The notes beneath the pieces were generated by a model that saw only the letters and a list, made by a program, of their open reading frames with translations, was not told the DNA's origin and did not search any database. A stretch of DNA of 64,000 nucleotides from Lama glama (lineage: Eukaryota): the NCBI GenBank assembly GCA_028534125.1, contig CM052816.1:42472001-42536000 (forward strand), written 5' to 3'. The translations under genes were made by a program, and so were the position numbers. Position 1 is the first letter of the stretch. Each line of letters begins with the position of its first letter. This document shows, in pieces, positions 1 to 14,585 of the stretch.

Positions 1-185
1 ACTGAGCATTTACACTCTGCAAGGCACTGCTCTATGTGCTTCACTCTTGCAAGGATCCTAAGTTAGGTCCTGTAATCAATCATCTTCAGTTTACAGATAA
101 GGAAACTGGGGCATAGAGATGTTAAGTTACTTGATGGGTCACACAGCTGATAAGAGTAATGTGCTTAACCACTAGCCTATACCAC
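1..185 (-). mobile_element. MIR SINE remnant
   Basis: TTTACAGATAAGGAAACTGGGGCATAGAGATGTTAAGTTACTTG is the reverse complement of the MIR core. Confidence 0.8.
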
Positions 186-799
186 CAACATACAAAGAGA
201 AGCAGGCATAGTCTACTGGAACTACTGATAATTATGAGTCATGTTTACCAAAGTTCTGATATATATTGCCTTTATACAGAGTATTTCTTAAGTAACAAGT
301 TTTATTTTATGTGTGAGGTTAGAAGCTGTTTTATGCACAGATAAAGCAATTAGCAAGTCCTCTGAACACTATGATGACAAACATCTTACTTCATCATTAT
401 CAATTACTATTTACCAATTTCTATTCTGAGTCCTGGAGATTTACTGGGTGGATCTGGTTCTTATTTTCATCATGGCTCCTTTAAGTAAAATGATGCCCCC
501 AAATCTGCATTTGACTTCAGGCATGCAAGACACACTCCAAGATGAGTGGAGGGTTTACTAAGACAAGGAATGCTGTATTTCCCTCCAAAGGCCAGTGTTA
601 TTTTTGCCCCTTAAGCTTCATCTCATTTTATTGCTTCAATGCACTTAGAACTGTTAAGCTCATGGTTTGCTGCATCCTAGAAACAATTCTGACTATAATA
701 AAAGAATAGGCATTATTATTATACAAATTATTGAGAATTTCCAATCTATTGTATACATCTTTGCAGGGCATGAATTAAATGGGTAGCATGAAGAAGTTC

Positions 800-1117
800 C
801 TTTGTGCTGAGAGAATAGTTTCATATATTGGTTGTGGTGAGAGGTACACAAATGTATCATGGAATGAAACTACATCCCATACAAACACACATACATGCAC
901 ATAAATGTATGCAAAGAAAAAATAATGAAAATGGAATCAAGTCTGTAGTATAGTTAACATTATTGTACAATGTCAATTTCCTATTTTTGGTGTTATATTA
1001 CAGTCTTTACATATAAGATGTCACCACTCAGAGTTGGATGAAAGGTACATAGGAGTCTGTGAACTAGTTTTTGCAACTTCTTTTGAGTCTACAATTATTT
1101 TCAAATAAAATGTTTTT
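800..1117 (+). mobile_element. Old L1 (L1MC/MD-like) 3' end
   Basis: Typical L1M 3'UTR text (AAGATGTCACCA...GGATGAAAGGTACATAGGA...TTTGCAACTTC...CAATTATTTTCAAATAAAA). Confidence 0.7.
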
Positions 1118-1145
1118 ATGATGGGGCTGGGGGTGGCAGTGGAAG

Positions 1146-1295
1146 GGTGGTTCTCAGACCAGCTTTGGCATCAGCTGGGAACTTGGTAGAAATAAAGAAA
1201 CTCAGGCACTACTCCAGACTTACTAAATTAGAATCCACATTTCAACAAGAACTACATATGATTCATATGTACATTAAAGTTTAGAAGCATTGCTA
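1146..1295. mobile_element. MER5-like hAT-Charlie DNA transposon remnant
   Basis: GTGGTTCTCA start, internal GGAACTTGGTAGAAAT and CCAGACTTACTAAATTAGAATC, end AAAGTTTAGAAGCATTG. Confidence 0.7.
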
Positions 1296-1383
1296 TACAA
1301 GAAAAAAAAAGTGATATTCAAGTATTTCTCACTCCTCTTGAAAAGTTTCTTCATTTCAGTGTCAGAAGGTTATTTTAGAGGCC

Positions 1384-2180
1384 CAGGACTGCTTCATTGG
1401 AATGCAGCCAGTTCAGCAACACAGCGTACTGGCTCAGAAGACCCTCCTCTTTCCATGAGATTTAATACTCTATCTTGAAATTCTTAATAATTTTATCTTT
1501 ATGGTTTCTAAGTGAAGTACTATGAGACCACAGCACACATACTAGGAGCTTGGAGTATCAGCCCACTTCCCTGCCTCGCTGGGATGGGTTTTTAGCTGCC
1601 CTGGAACTTAAGAACCCCTCGGCTTCCCCCTTCCAGGTCCTCACCCATTGCTACTGACAGCATTGCATTACTCCCTGAGATATCTCAGAGCAAGGCATGG
1701 TGGCAGCCATCCCCATCCCAGATGGACAGCACCACAGGGTATTTATCAGTGACTGGTGGGCGGAAGAGAAACTTTCACCCACCTCCAATCCAGGTATCTA
1801 GCAAATTCCAGCATAGAAGTTGCACTACCCTCAGAGGTCCCTCATCCACCATAGGTTCTAATGGGCTATAAGCACAGGGGAAGAGATGTCTGATCCAACT
1901 TCTCTGCCCTCTGCCAGGACATGGGTCTGTCCAGCAGCTGGTGGAAGGAAGAACCCAGCAACATGGGTGGTTAGTCACAGAATCAGGCCTTGTCAGAATC
2001 TGCATTTGCCAGGCAAGTGTCCCCAGGCCTGAGGATATGAAACATTAAATAAGAAATAAAAACATTACAGATTGGAAGGACTAGAAGGGGAAAGCTTTAT
2101 ATTTTAATTTTCTAGCTTTTTGAACAAGGGTCTCCACATTTTCATTCTGTACTAGGCCTAGCAAGTTATGAAGTCAGTGT
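1384..2180 (+). mobile_element. MER45-like hAT-Tip100 DNA transposon
   Basis: 5' part TCTTGAAATTCTTAATAATTTT and 3' part TTTTGAACAAGGGTCTCCACATTTTCATTCTGTACTAGGCC match recalled MER45 ends. Confidence 0.65.
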
Positions 2181-3787
2181 TTCAGAGGGTACTGGGAATC
2201 AAAAACTGAACTTTCAGCACCTGCATGGCAAGCACCTGGGCCCAATGGTGAACAAACTCTAATGGGTACCAAATGCAGCCTTCATTACAAGATGGCTCTG
2301 GGAATCCTTCAGCCACATAAGGTTTTCTTGTCCTTCTCTTCAAAGACTTTCCAAAATGGAGAATATCAGCCAGCACCAAGAATTGTAAGCACAGATCTCC
2401 CAACTCCTTGTGTTTATACCTACTAGTACCCAGGTGGGCTTCCATATTTTCTATATTAAAAAAAAGAAAAGAAAATGTAATATAATCAACAGTAAATCTT
2501 CCACTTTTAAAATTCCTAAGTCACAGAATATAGGGAAGGGAAAAGAGATTTTTGAGTAAGTCTGGGGAGAGAGAGAGAGACAAAGAATTTATAGTTTTAG
2601 AGGCTATATTTATATTCCTATGTGTTTAGTTCTTCCTTCATTCATTCATAAAATACTCATTGAGCCACTCCTTAAAAGCTCACTAATGAACCTAAACTGT
2701 ATTTTTTCCATAAATAAATTTAAATCCCTGACTTTTTCAACCCTTCCTCATAAATAATTTATTTACAAATAAAAAAGTGATATTCAGAAACAGCACCTAT
2801 TATTTACTCTTCTCTGTCTTGTTTTTCTATTTTTCCTTTTACTTACATCCTTTATCTTGAACTTATTATTATTTAGCATATCTCATGTATAACTGAGGAG
2901 AAAGCAAAAGTTCAAGTCATGTTGTCTTGCAAGGTGCTCTCAGTGAGTTTGTTTAATGTGATAAATGCAAAATTTTATCTGTAGTTACAACTTCTATTTT
3001 AATCTCATGAATATACATAATTGTGGCTGGGAGGAGCTAATAAACTTCTTAGTAATGGTTGTTTTAGGGTACAGAATTACAGGTGATTTTAGTTTTCTTT
3101 CTAATTCTGTGTTTTCCCAGTTTGTCTGCAGTGAATATTATATGGGACATTAGCAACATTAAATGATAAGTCCCTAATGCCTCTGATACTTATTATTCTT
3201 TGATATGAATTACTTGGATTTTCCTTTTTTTTTTTATTTCCATAAACGTACTTTGATCTTTTGGATACTGCCACCAGTTCACTAACAGGAATGATGAAGC
3301 TAAATGTGAACTTTCCACATTTAAGGAGTGTTAATGCATTCAATAGCCCAATTAAGTCACCACTTGATAACCCAATTCATTGCAGCGTATCAGACTCCAA
3401 ACACCCAATTAATTTACTCTTCTGCTCTACATGAGCAGACATAACCTAACTTTGTTACTGAATCATGAGGTTTTTTTTTTTAAACCAGTGAGTTCCATAT
3501 TATGTTGTAGGACAATGAGTTGAAGGAGCCTAAAAACTCCTTATTACATTTTCAGTTGAAAAATTTTTTGATTTAGAATCCAGGGGTACCTACCATAATA
3601 ACAGGTACCTAGTATGTACATATTAAATAATTGTAACTGTTAACTTGTCCTACTTTTAACAGTTTTCAAATAACTTCTGTCTGTATTTTTCAGATAGAAC
3701 TTAAACTACAACATAAAAGGACAGGAAGCATGAGCACATAAGCTGGTACTGCTGTTAGTGAGACTAGACTTTGAGAATAATCTAGTC

Positions 3788-3910
3788 CAGTGATTCTCAA
3801 TCCTCACTGCATCTTAGAATTACCTAGAGTTTTTTAAATAAACAGATGCCTGAGCCCCACCCTAGATCAATTTAACCAGAATCTTAGGTTGGGGCTTGGG
3901 TATGGTAGTT
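3788..3910. mobile_element. MER5-like DNA transposon fragment
   Basis: CAGTGATTCTCAATCC...TTAGAATTACCT...CAGATGCCTGAGCCCCACCC...CAGAATCT. Confidence 0.65.
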
Positions 3911-3924
3911 ATTTTGAATACTAG

Positions 3925-4460
3925 TTACCATTCTGAGTGCTTTTACCTAATCATTTTCTTCTGCACTTCATGACACAAGTACTATTATCCTCTCCATTTT
4001 ACTTGTGAGGAACTGATGCTCAGTGGGGTAAAGCGAGGTAAGTGGCAGATCCAGGCTCATTCCAGGCTGCAGCACAGCCTGCATTATGCTATGCAGTTTC
4101 ACACTATCTTTCCAGAGGCTGGAGCACTGCCATATAATTCTTAGCCAGAATATATATATATTCAGCAGATAGAGTCAGAAGTGAATAAATTCAGAAAATG
4201 CAGATTGATTTTAGGGAGAATTAAAGGCACCAATGAAAACAGATGACAAGAGTCTTGTAAAAGACACCCTGAAATGATGACAATAAAAGAGCATGGGCGG
4301 GCTGGTAGTGATCAGGATCATGCTATCATTTACTGAGTTCCATTTTACAGGCAAGAAAACTAAGGCACAGAGAAGTTAAGTAACTTGCCCAGGGTCACAC
4401 AACTAGTAAGTGGCAGGGCAAGAATCTGAATTGAGGAAATGTGGCAGCCAAATTCATGCA
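3925..4460 (-). mobile_element. Two MIR fragments (about 3925-4100 and 4340-4460)
   Basis: CCATTTTACTTGTGAGGAACTGATGCTCAG and CCATTTTACAGGCAAGAAAACTAAGGCACAGAGAAGTTAAGTAACTTGCCCAGGGTCACAC. Confidence 0.8.
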
Positions 4461-5819
4461 GCTGGAAAATAGGAATGAGAAAAATAAGCCATCTTAATGA
4501 TCACACTCACAAATATTTATTTAGGCCAATTGTGCAAAATGAAGCCTTCTTCCTCAAGAAGCTGAAATTGATTATTAGCGTAATTTCATGTTGATTAAAA
4601 ATAGGAGCATATGAGTAAAATAGAAATTTCTTCCTTAAGAAGCTGAAGATTAAATTGAAGAGCTACAGTAGAAGTAAGATTAGATTCAAAAATTAGGTAA
4701 GAGATGGGATTGGATATTCTTTAAAGTACCTTCCAACTCCGGAAGATTCTGTCCATCTCTTTGCCTTGTCAAACTTTTGCTTTGAAAAGTTAAGAAAAAT
4801 TTCATGAGGTAGTACATAAACCACAGGCACAGGGCTTCCAAAGAGGGAGAAAGAACCTCTGGTTTGGATATTCTAATTCAGCAAGCTGCAGAACTTTGAA
4901 TTTCAACACCAAAGCAGCAAATCTGCTTCCCTCTGTTATGTACAGGAGAAAAAAAAAACAGTTTACCCAGTATCATATTCATTTGTGCAGTTGCTTTGAG
5001 TCCAGAAACTAGAAATTCTCCATCTTATCTAAATAACACTAAAGATAAGGGAAAATTCTACCCAAAATATATTTAAGTTGTTGGTACAAGCAAATGGAAA
5101 GGATGCAATGCTAGGTCCAGAATACCTGGTGGGGAATCTGGATTTTGATTGCTTGTGTTTGATGGGATTTTCAAATTAGTTTTAAAAGTAGGTCATAGGT
5201 GCCTGCCTGAATTAGAGGAGGGCTCTCCAGAGACCCCTGCTGTGTTTTAAGAAATCTTTGAAACACAGGCAGCCTTGTCCCCAGAAAGGATTACAGGCAG
5301 TTTCTATCTTGTCTCCAACATGACCAGAACGGAGTGGAGACACAGGATTCAACACCCTCTGGCTATTGTCTAGGGACCAATTACGATATTCACAGCTAAC
5401 TTAATGGGATCCTGAGTAACATCATTAAGGGCACAGTAGGCAATAAATGATTATAAAAAACCTTGTGAAATTCCCTAGGTATCTATGCCTGGTCTACCTC
5501 CCTTATCTAATACCATCTGTGGATGTGCAGATGACCTAGAAATGGAAATTGGATAACTAATAACTTCTAATTGAAAGAAATCTAACTTAAGCCTTTGTAT
5601 ACTGCTCATTGCATGTTATATCTTAGTTCACACCTAGGGAATCTAAACTAGTTATTGCTAACCTCTTTGGAACTCTGAAGCTCAATTATTAGGTTTCACA
5701 ACACCTACTTGTACTAAGTGAAACAGTATTTTAAAAATTTAGTTGAAGAGCAACAATTTTTGTTAGGAGAACGGTGCAACTTCTTGAGAGGTGACTCAGG
5801 GTACCAAACACAGTGAGGT

Positions 5820-5960
5820 TGTTGTTAAAATGCAGATTCTTGACCACTCCCCAGACCAGCTAAATCCAAACCTTTCAGGGCTGGAGCCTAGGGACCTAAA
5901 TTTTAACAAGCTCCCCCGGGGATTCTTATGTACTTTAAAATTTGAGAACTTTTGCCCTAG
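5820..5960. mobile_element. MER5-like DNA transposon fragment
   Basis: TGTTAAAATGCAGATTCT...TTTTAACAAGCTCCCC...GATTCTTATG...TTTGAGAAC. Confidence 0.7.
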
Positions 5961-7454
5961 GGTATCACCAAAACAAAGCTAAAAATCATTTGTTACTACC
6001 AAATGTTATAAAATGTTGAATTACAGCACAAGTTTAATTGGCTATAGGAAATCAGCACTCCTTAGTTTCAGAAAAAATTCCAGTCATAATCTGACTTTCT
6101 CATATTTAGGGGCATGATTCAGCATGTAGCAAAGATGCTATACAGCATCACTATAGAAATCTGGCCCATCCTGTAGGAGGCTGCACTGCTGGTAATAAGG
6201 CTCGTTCCCCACCACCTCCCCCCAGTACACACACACACATGACTGGTATGCCTAGAACTTAATCACTGTCTTTCTCCATCACCATGCTCTCTTGTTTTCT
6301 CTAAAGTAAGGACGACGTTAATGTGAGGTGACACATAAAAACCAGTATACTGTTTCCTTACCAATATTTAATTTTTTTTCTTATATTGTACTTTTCAGTG
6401 TATTTACTGACTGACTGGCACAAAAAGTTGTCCCTAAGGTAGTAAACTTCTTTGACCTCCTAACAAATATTCTGCTTTTAAATGACATTCATAAGTCTAT
6501 CTGAACTAACAAGATGACCCCCAAAAATCCCAAACAAATAAACAAATGACAAACCAGGGATAAAACTGGTTTCAGCAGCCCAAGAGAAAGACCATATCCT
6601 CAAGGTATATGAAGTTATCCCCCTAGGCACATGAAATTTATTTCACCAAATCCAAAATGTAACAAGTCATACAATGGGCAGAGAACTTTTTGTCTTTTGG
6701 AGTGTATCAGAAACCTGAAAACTTGTAAAACTATTAAAGAACGGGTAAAGCAAGAACCTTTATTTTACAGATGTTTCCAAGCTTGCTTGTTTTTCAAGAA
6801 GAAATAACAGCTAGAACAAACACTTGGTGAAAACAACACTTATCCATCTAACCGAATTCACACAGAAACTGAAGACTGGAACATACCTGTTAAAAAATAA
6901 AAAGTTCAATTGCTGAGGCACTAGAAATCAAACCTCTTTCATAAAGAAAATTCTCCCAATCAGACACCATTCAGCCTGGCTCTGTTAGCGTCACTACTCA
7001 AAAGGCAGAAATCTTAAATGGTATGATCGTGACAACTGGCTTCCACCAAATGCCACTCCACCAGACAAGAAGCTGGTTGTCAATGGGTGGTAAGGTGTCA
7101 TTACTGTCCAGGCAGCTCAGGCTGGGTGGTGGGGCCCATGAGAGGAGGGGAAGCCCATCAAGGGAACTTTTGCAGGTATTAGCTTAGTAAGTGGTTCTTT
7201 TGCACATTTCTGAATTTGTAGAGAAAGCGCTAGTTAAATGTCATAGTTCACAGGGGTCTTTTCCTTCTAGCCAGGGAAGGGATATAAGAAGTATGGCTAT
7301 AGCCCATTCTGAACTTATAATCAATATATACACTTCAATACAAATGAAGATAGAAGACACTTAAATTATTCAGAAATAATCCATCTGATTGGATAATAAG
7401 ATTAAAAAAAGAATGCTATAGTGAACTTGTTTATTTCTAGCCAAGATGTTTAAA

Positions 7455-8875
7455 ATTAATTCTATAAAGCTACAATAACCATGACAATGTGTGGTATTGG
7501 CAAATGGAAAGACAGATAGATCAATAAAGAACACAGTCCAGAAATACACCCACATAAATACTATGGCCAATTGATTTTTGACATGGGTTCAAAGGCAATT
7601 TAATGGAGAAAAACCCACCTTTTTAACAAATGGTGTAAATCTTTATGTAAAAAAAAAAAAAAGAAGAACCTAGACATTTTTCTCACACTTTTTACAAAAA
7701 CTAACTCAAAATGGACCACAGACTTAAATGTAAATATAAAAAAAACATTTAGAGAAAACAGATGGGAAAATTTTTGTGACTGAGCTAGGCAAAGAGTTCT
7801 TAGATATAACACCAAAAGCACTATCTTTAAAAAAATTGATAAATTGGACTTTATCAAAATTAAAAACTTTTTTTGCTCTACAAAAAGACAGTATGCTGGG
7901 CAAAAGATACTTCAGAAGAATTTAAAAAAACAAGCCAGAGGTTGGGAGAAATTATTTGCAAATCACATATCTGACAAAAAACCTGTATTCAGATTTTATA
8001 AAGAATTTTCAAACCTCACCAACATGAAAACAAACAACCCAATTTTTAAAATTGACAGAAAATATAAAAAGATCCTTCAACAAGAAAATAAAAGAATGAC
8101 AAACACAAGAAAAAATACCCAACATCATTAGTCACTAGGGAAATTCAAATTAAAACCACAATGAGATACTAATATGCATTCTCTAGAATGATTAAAACTA
8201 AAAACGAATAACAAAAAGTTGACAATACAAAGTGTTGGTAAGTATAAACTGAAAACCAAACTCTCAAAAAAACAACAAAAAAAGGGATAGCCACTTGGGA
8301 AAATAGTTTGGCAGTATATTATAAACTATTAATAGTTTGGAAAATAGTAAATACACTGAAAAGAACAACATATACACTTAATATATGAATTTAATCCCAC
8401 TCTTAGGTACTCGCCCAAGAAAGATAAAAACTTACATTCACATAAAAAACATTTGTGAATGTTTATAAAGCTTTGTTCAGAATCACCAAAAATTAGATAC
8501 CATACAAATGTCCTTCAACTAATAATCAAACTATACCACCCAATAATGAAATACTATTCAGCAATAAAAAGGGATAAACTACAGATACATTCAACAACAT
8601 CAATAAATCTCAAATGTATTATGCTAAGTGGAAGAAACCAGACCAAAGAGGCTACATGCTGTATGATTCCATTTATATGACATTCTGAAGAAGCAAGACT
8701 GTGCGAATAGAAAACTGACCGTGGCTGCCAGGGTTAAGAGTCAAAGGAAGAGGGTCTGACTACAAAGAAATGGGATGAGGGAGGTTTTTGGGGCAATAGA
8801 ACTATTCTGTTTGTCAAATGTATAAAACAAAAAGAGTATATTTTACTTCGTGTAAACTAAAAATAAATTTTAAAA
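7455..8875 (+). mobile_element. Degenerate 5'-truncated L1M: ORF2 C-terminal region and 3'UTR
   Basis: A-rich strand with L1 ORF2-like remnant peptides (DFIKIKNF, WEKLFANHISDK, YYSAIKR), multiple stops and frameshifts. Confidence 0.9.
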
Positions 8876-10529
8876 AGTTTATTCTGAAGAGCTAACAGTT
8901 GAATATTTTACAGTAAACTTCCTGGAATAATTGCCATTCCAAAACAAACAAATAAAAAATGCCTTCAAATCTTCTATTTTTAAAGTAAATTTCCAATGCC
9001 ACATTTGTCTTGGAAAATATTCAAAATATTTTAAAAATATTCACTTGATCTATTCAAGTGAATGCTTAGAGAGAATGTGTAAAAGATAGGCTAATTTTTA
9101 AACCACAAGATAGAAACTTTTCTTAAAAAGATTCAGGAAACTAAAAATGAAGCAAAGATACTGATCAAGTCAAAATCTATATAGGACAGACTTCTCCATG
9201 CAAAATACAAGATATATCAATATTTGACAATGCTAAATCATGCGGCTTGGCTTTCTATACTACTGAAGTCTAATACAATTTGCTGACTCCAGTAACATTT
9301 TTTCACCATAAGTCAGAGTTACAATAGATTGTTAACATTCTGGACCATTGTTGTTTTTAAGAAATGTGAATATCCCTATTAGAGGCTAATACTCTTTTCT
9401 TTTATGTTGAGATATAAATTATATATAATATTGTGTGAGAATAAAGTGTACAGCATACAGATTTTGATACATTTATTTGCAATTTGAAGCTAATAATCTT
9501 TCGCAGATAGATCAAATTATACCTTACAGTTTTAATATTTTTTATGTTGGCTCAGTTGAGAAATAGTGAAGAGAATATCACAATTCAAATAACCAGAGTA
9601 TTTAAATCACCTAAAATAATTACACACATAAGAGAAGTGATTTATTCAAGGCAAAGATTAGAGGTACAGAATCATCAACAGAGAGCAGTTCTCCTTATTT
9701 TCAGTTAATGGCTCTGTTTCCAAGATCAAACACATTACAGATTATCAAACACATTCCTATTAATTAGCCATAGTTAAAATTAATTTGCTATAAAAATGTA
9801 AAGGAGGCATTACTGCTTTAAGTACTATAAAACAGCACCAACCCTTGGAGACAACTGTATTCCTTCTCTTTTCCAGTTGTGTAATTTTCCCTAGAACTGA
9901 ACTGAAATTTTAATCCACTCAGGATGGACAATATTCAACATACAGCCGGGAACCATTATTCAGTAAATATGTGACTACTACCAGTAGCAACAATCTCTTA
10001 CTTTTAAATGCCTTTTGCAAATAATCACTTCAGTTTTACACTGTTCATTATTTCCACTGAGAGTACCCTATTTCAAACTCCCATATGATATAGGGCCTCC
10101 TCTGATCATTGGTCTCCCTGCTTACTTTCTCCCCACAATCTCTTGTTCCTTGTTCATTTCAGTTCAAAGTGCCTTCAGGCCCCCCCCATTACCGCCTATA
10201 ATACCTGCTTTCTGTCATAACATACTCAGTGGATGAGGTGTACAAGGCAACATACCTTCATGGTAGGCCCTGAATAAGTGCAATGCCCAAAGCGGCAGCT
10301 GTTAATTCCACCTCTTTTTTCTCCTACTTCAAAACACACATTTGAATGGCAAGTGACTGAGAGTAATGTTACTCTTGGGAAAAACCTTAGAAAGATATAC
10401 AAGGACACACACACACACCTCAGGCATAAGATACCCCTGTCAGTAGTGTGGCCCACCACCGGCATGATTCTAAATGAGAAGGGGGTGTACAGCCCTTACA
10501 ATGGGCATGGTTTGGAAACACTCTTTCCT

Positions 10530-11450
10530 TTCTTATCCCTTTTCCTTATAACCTCTCTCACAAAACTTATCCAATTCCATGACTCCTACTATTATCTCGA
10601 TGGGACTGACTCTGAGGCACATTTTCAAAACCCACATTTTCAAATGCTTGCCAAATATTTTCACACATATATCCTACCACTTCTAACTGAAACCAGCTTC
10701 TTCTCCTGATTTCCTTTTTTCTTTTCCTAGCAATGCCATCTTCTAGTAAACCAAACTTGATGCTAGTAGTTATTTTTGGTTCCTCATGCTCACTCACCTC
10801 TCTCACCCAAATAAACCTGTCAAACTGGTCAGCTCTACCTTCACAGAGCCCTTCATGGCCTCGTCATCTTCTCTATTCCCATTATCAATTCCATTGCACA
10901 GGCTTATTATTTTTTGTCTCCTAATTCAGCTTCCTTTTTCCAGTATCCCCTCACTCCAATCCATTACTCAGACTGTTATCACCTCGATAGTCCTAACGTA
11001 TTGATTTAATTATGCCACGTTCTGGTCAGAAGCCTCCAAAGGATTCCTATTGCTCACAGATTTTTATCCATACTCCTTAACCCAATATTAAACGCTCTCT
11101 TTACAATCTGTCCCCAACCCATCTTTTTAGCTCCATCTGTCACAGGCACCTTCATGTGCCCTGTATGCCAGTTAAACCAGATTACTGTCTTTCCCCTAGA
11201 CCACTTTGTGATAGCAAATCACTGCTTATGAGATTCCTAAATTTAAAATGTTTCAATCCTCTCACTATCACAGCCACAAACCTTTGATGTTCCAATGTTA
11301 ACTTTTCCATGAAGCCTTTACCAACACCCTGAGCTGAATATGTTCCAGCACTCCAGAACTCTGACATCACTAAATTAGTGCCTGAATGGTGCTTCCAATC
11401 TAATATCCCTTATCCTCATATCTTACATCCCCTATTAGACTATACTGCCC
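10530..11450 (+). mobile_element. L2 LINE remnant
   Basis: Pyrimidine-rich, with L2-like phrases (CTCCAATCCATT, CCTCCAAAGGATTCCTATTGCTCACAG, TTCCATGAAGCCTT); heavily diverged. Confidence 0.6.
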
Positions 11451-12249
11451 TGTCTCTAATTCTGAACGTATTCTAAACTGTAAGTTCACATTGGTTCTTA
11501 AATTTCCAAAATCCAAAGCAACAGCAAAAGCTCCCAAATAGTAGGCCATAACAGATCAAAAGATTAAATATGATAAGTATGATACTTGAATAAATGGCTG
11601 ACTGAAAATAAAATGAGACCAAGGTGACTACAATTCTAATTCTCTAAGTAGAAACAGAAAATCTTCTGTGTTCATATGTGTGATATATATATTTTCTACT
11701 TTTTGCCATAATATGGTCTGGAAACCATGTTATAAAGTGAGTGGTATTTTCCTATGAGAACAAGTGATATTAGCAGGGATTGTGCTTTTGACCAAAGGTT
11801 CATTATCAAATAAATCATAGCTATGAATAACATACAATAAAAGCAAAGCTATAACAACTGTAAATCCATATAACTTAAAATTATAAAATGAACACTTTCA
11901 AATGGGCACATATGCAAATACTTGTTATACCAAGGGCTCCAATATATCACAAATCTATGCCACACATAAACAGAGAATTAACTTTCGTAAATATCAATGA
12001 AGTCAATATGTTAGCCATAATAAACTAAAGCTAAAGGAATTATTTTATTTACCTCTTAACTGTTTAATACAATATTTAATGTTTGTGTAGAAGGAGTGAT
12101 TCAAATGACTTGTCTTGCTTTCAAGATCAACAACAAAACCAACCTCCAACCTGCCCCCAAAAGGAGAACCAACCATTTCCTTTTTACCACTTTTATTGTG
12201 ACAATCTGACCCATTCTGTATAATTATTCAGATTTTAGAGGCATGTTCA

Positions 12250-12460
12250 AAATAGAAGTGCTAGATTTGGAAAAGGAAATTTTAGGTTCTGACCAAGCTC
12301 TGTTACTTTCCAGTTGGGTGATACACAGCCTCTCTGAGACTCAGTTACCTTTAAAGGTAAACTGAATATAAAACAACTATCGCACAGAATAGAGAGAAAA
12401 TTCAAAAAGATAATGTAACTTAATTGTTTTTAAACTGCAAAGCCCCATCAGGAATAAGCT
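12250..12460 (+). mobile_element. MIR remnant
   Basis: GGTTCTGACCAAGCTCTGTTACTT...CCTCTCTGAGACTCAGTTACC...GATAATGTA. Confidence 0.55.
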
Positions 12461-14230
12461 ATTATTAATCAGCAATGTTTTTGATGTTGATGGCATTTGG
12501 TTCACTATTAGCATGTTTAAAAGTGAAAAGCTGAAGAGGCATTCTGCCCCATCTATTCTTCCTACCTCCTCATTTTACTCAGAAATACATATGCTCCTTT
12601 TTAGTATAAAACAGTATGGAAACAGGGTTGTGAGGTCATTCTTTACCACCGTTTCTTATTCTCAGATCTTATTTGACACCTTTCAGGGCACTTTGCACTA
12701 TGCCAAATGCCTTAAAGACAATTATCATGTGGGAGAAAGGATCACTTTTGTCACAATATAGTACAATTCTGTGGACAGGACATTTTTCTCAAACAGTACA
12801 GAAGAAGAGAGTTTTCTTGGTGCGCAGGAGAGTTAACCTTGAGTCTTTTGCTTTCAAAGGACATACAACTTCCTAGAGGCTGCTCTTAGGTAGAGAAAGG
12901 CAAGGAACAAAGAAGGAAAGATGCCCAAAAAGGTGTTAGTCAAGACTGATATCTCTTAGGAAGCCAGAGTTGTATTTTCAATATATCTGAAACAGTGAAA
13001 GATATTCCCGCCCACCTCACCTACAGAGCACCACCAAGAGTTAAAAAGGAACTTGAACTGGAGGGGAGGATGTGGAAGGGAGTGGGAGGTGGGGAGGGGG
13101 ATACTTTCCTTAGTCTTAGATCACAAAAGAACCAGAGGGTCCTAGGAGGAGAAAGAACTCTGGAGACTAGGAGAGTGTACAGATAGTAGTCTAGAGTTAG
13201 GATAGCTACCCCCAAGATTGGGAAAGGGCAGAGGCTGCCAGTCCCAGGAAGGTCCACTGTCTTTTCAGCTCCTCAGGAAAGTGCACACCTGCAGAGGAGA
13301 GTTGGGCATGGTACCACAGCTCCCAGGTGAGCTATACATTTCAGGAAATCATGTAGACAATCATCATAAATGTTTCAGTGCCAAGCGGTGGCTAGGGAAA
13401 TTTGCAGCCTCGCTTCTCATAATCCCTGTCAATGCCACCCTCAACCTCACGGCCAAATAAACACATAATCTAAGTAAAACCAGTATGTTTACTATGTAAA
13501 CCCAGCTTTAATTCAGATCCCCTGGTTCCTTCATCTAGACTGCACCCAATCTCAAACACTTCCTTAAAGGGAAATTCTTGAGCTTCCAATGGATTATATC
13601 AGCAGTGATAGACATAGACCAGAGAGAGTCCACCCCATATATTCTGGGTCCTTTATAAAACCTATGGATTTATTGTTCTACCACACAGTGAGATGGGGGC
13701 TTAGAGCCAGATTTAGCAATAATTATGATAATGATAATAATAACACCATGTGACATTTCTTACACTTGAATGGAATGGAGTTAAAAATAATCACACATGA
13801 TTGTTCAGCTTAAAATCTGTGTTTAAGCAACAAATACATATGTCCCTCCTGTTATTTCACTTTTATTCTGTATAAACATTTAGCAAAGTTCCTTTAAAAC
13901 CATCAAGCTCCTACTTCAGTTGTGTCCAAGGAAAGGAGGAGATTTTTGCACAGGACTAGGCACAGTCTTGAAAGAAGACAAGTGTAATGGTGCAGGGTCA
14001 AACATAATGGGGGCAAGGAGCTTCAGCGAGAGAGAATTCCCACCTGGGAATTCTTCCAGAGAGCTTCTCTGCCATATTTATAAGGTTCTCTATCCTCTTT
14101 TCATAACAGAAGTCATTGCCTTGTATTAAGACATAAGTAGGAATTATTTTACAGGTGCTTCAAGAAATAACTCACAAAACTACTAAGACATGTATAAAAT
14201 AGAACGGCCTTCTACACTGGAAATCACTAA

Positions 14231-14585
14231 AGCAGAGATTGAAAACTAGAAAGCTGAGGGCTAACTCAGGCCCAAAGAATTTTTCAATGTCCACAAAATG
14301 TTTACTGAAATTTTTAGTTAGGTGCCAACAAACAAATATCAGAAAGCTCATGTAAAAATCTTTGATTTACAGCATTTCTTGAAAAATTAGAAGATTGCAC
14401 AACACTGGGCCCCTGCAGGTTCAACTGACAACAATCAGCTGAACCAGGAAAACACTGAGCCCTTTTAACACCCTCAGCTCAGTACAATCCAGCACCTTCA
14501 GCCCCTGTGACATAGTGTCTAGTCTGCTTTACTCATTTGGGGTACCTAATGGTCACTGAAGGCATCTGAATCGGTGACTTCAGCT
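14231..14585. mobile_element. MER102-like hAT-Charlie element
   Basis: TAAAAATCTTTGATTTACAGCATTTCTTGAAAAATTAGAAGATTGCACAACACTGGGCCC matches recalled MER102. Confidence 0.6.

Noticed and set aside
7844..8680. ORFs resembling retroelement protein
   Set aside because: Broken fragments of an old L1 ORF2, not an intact gene.
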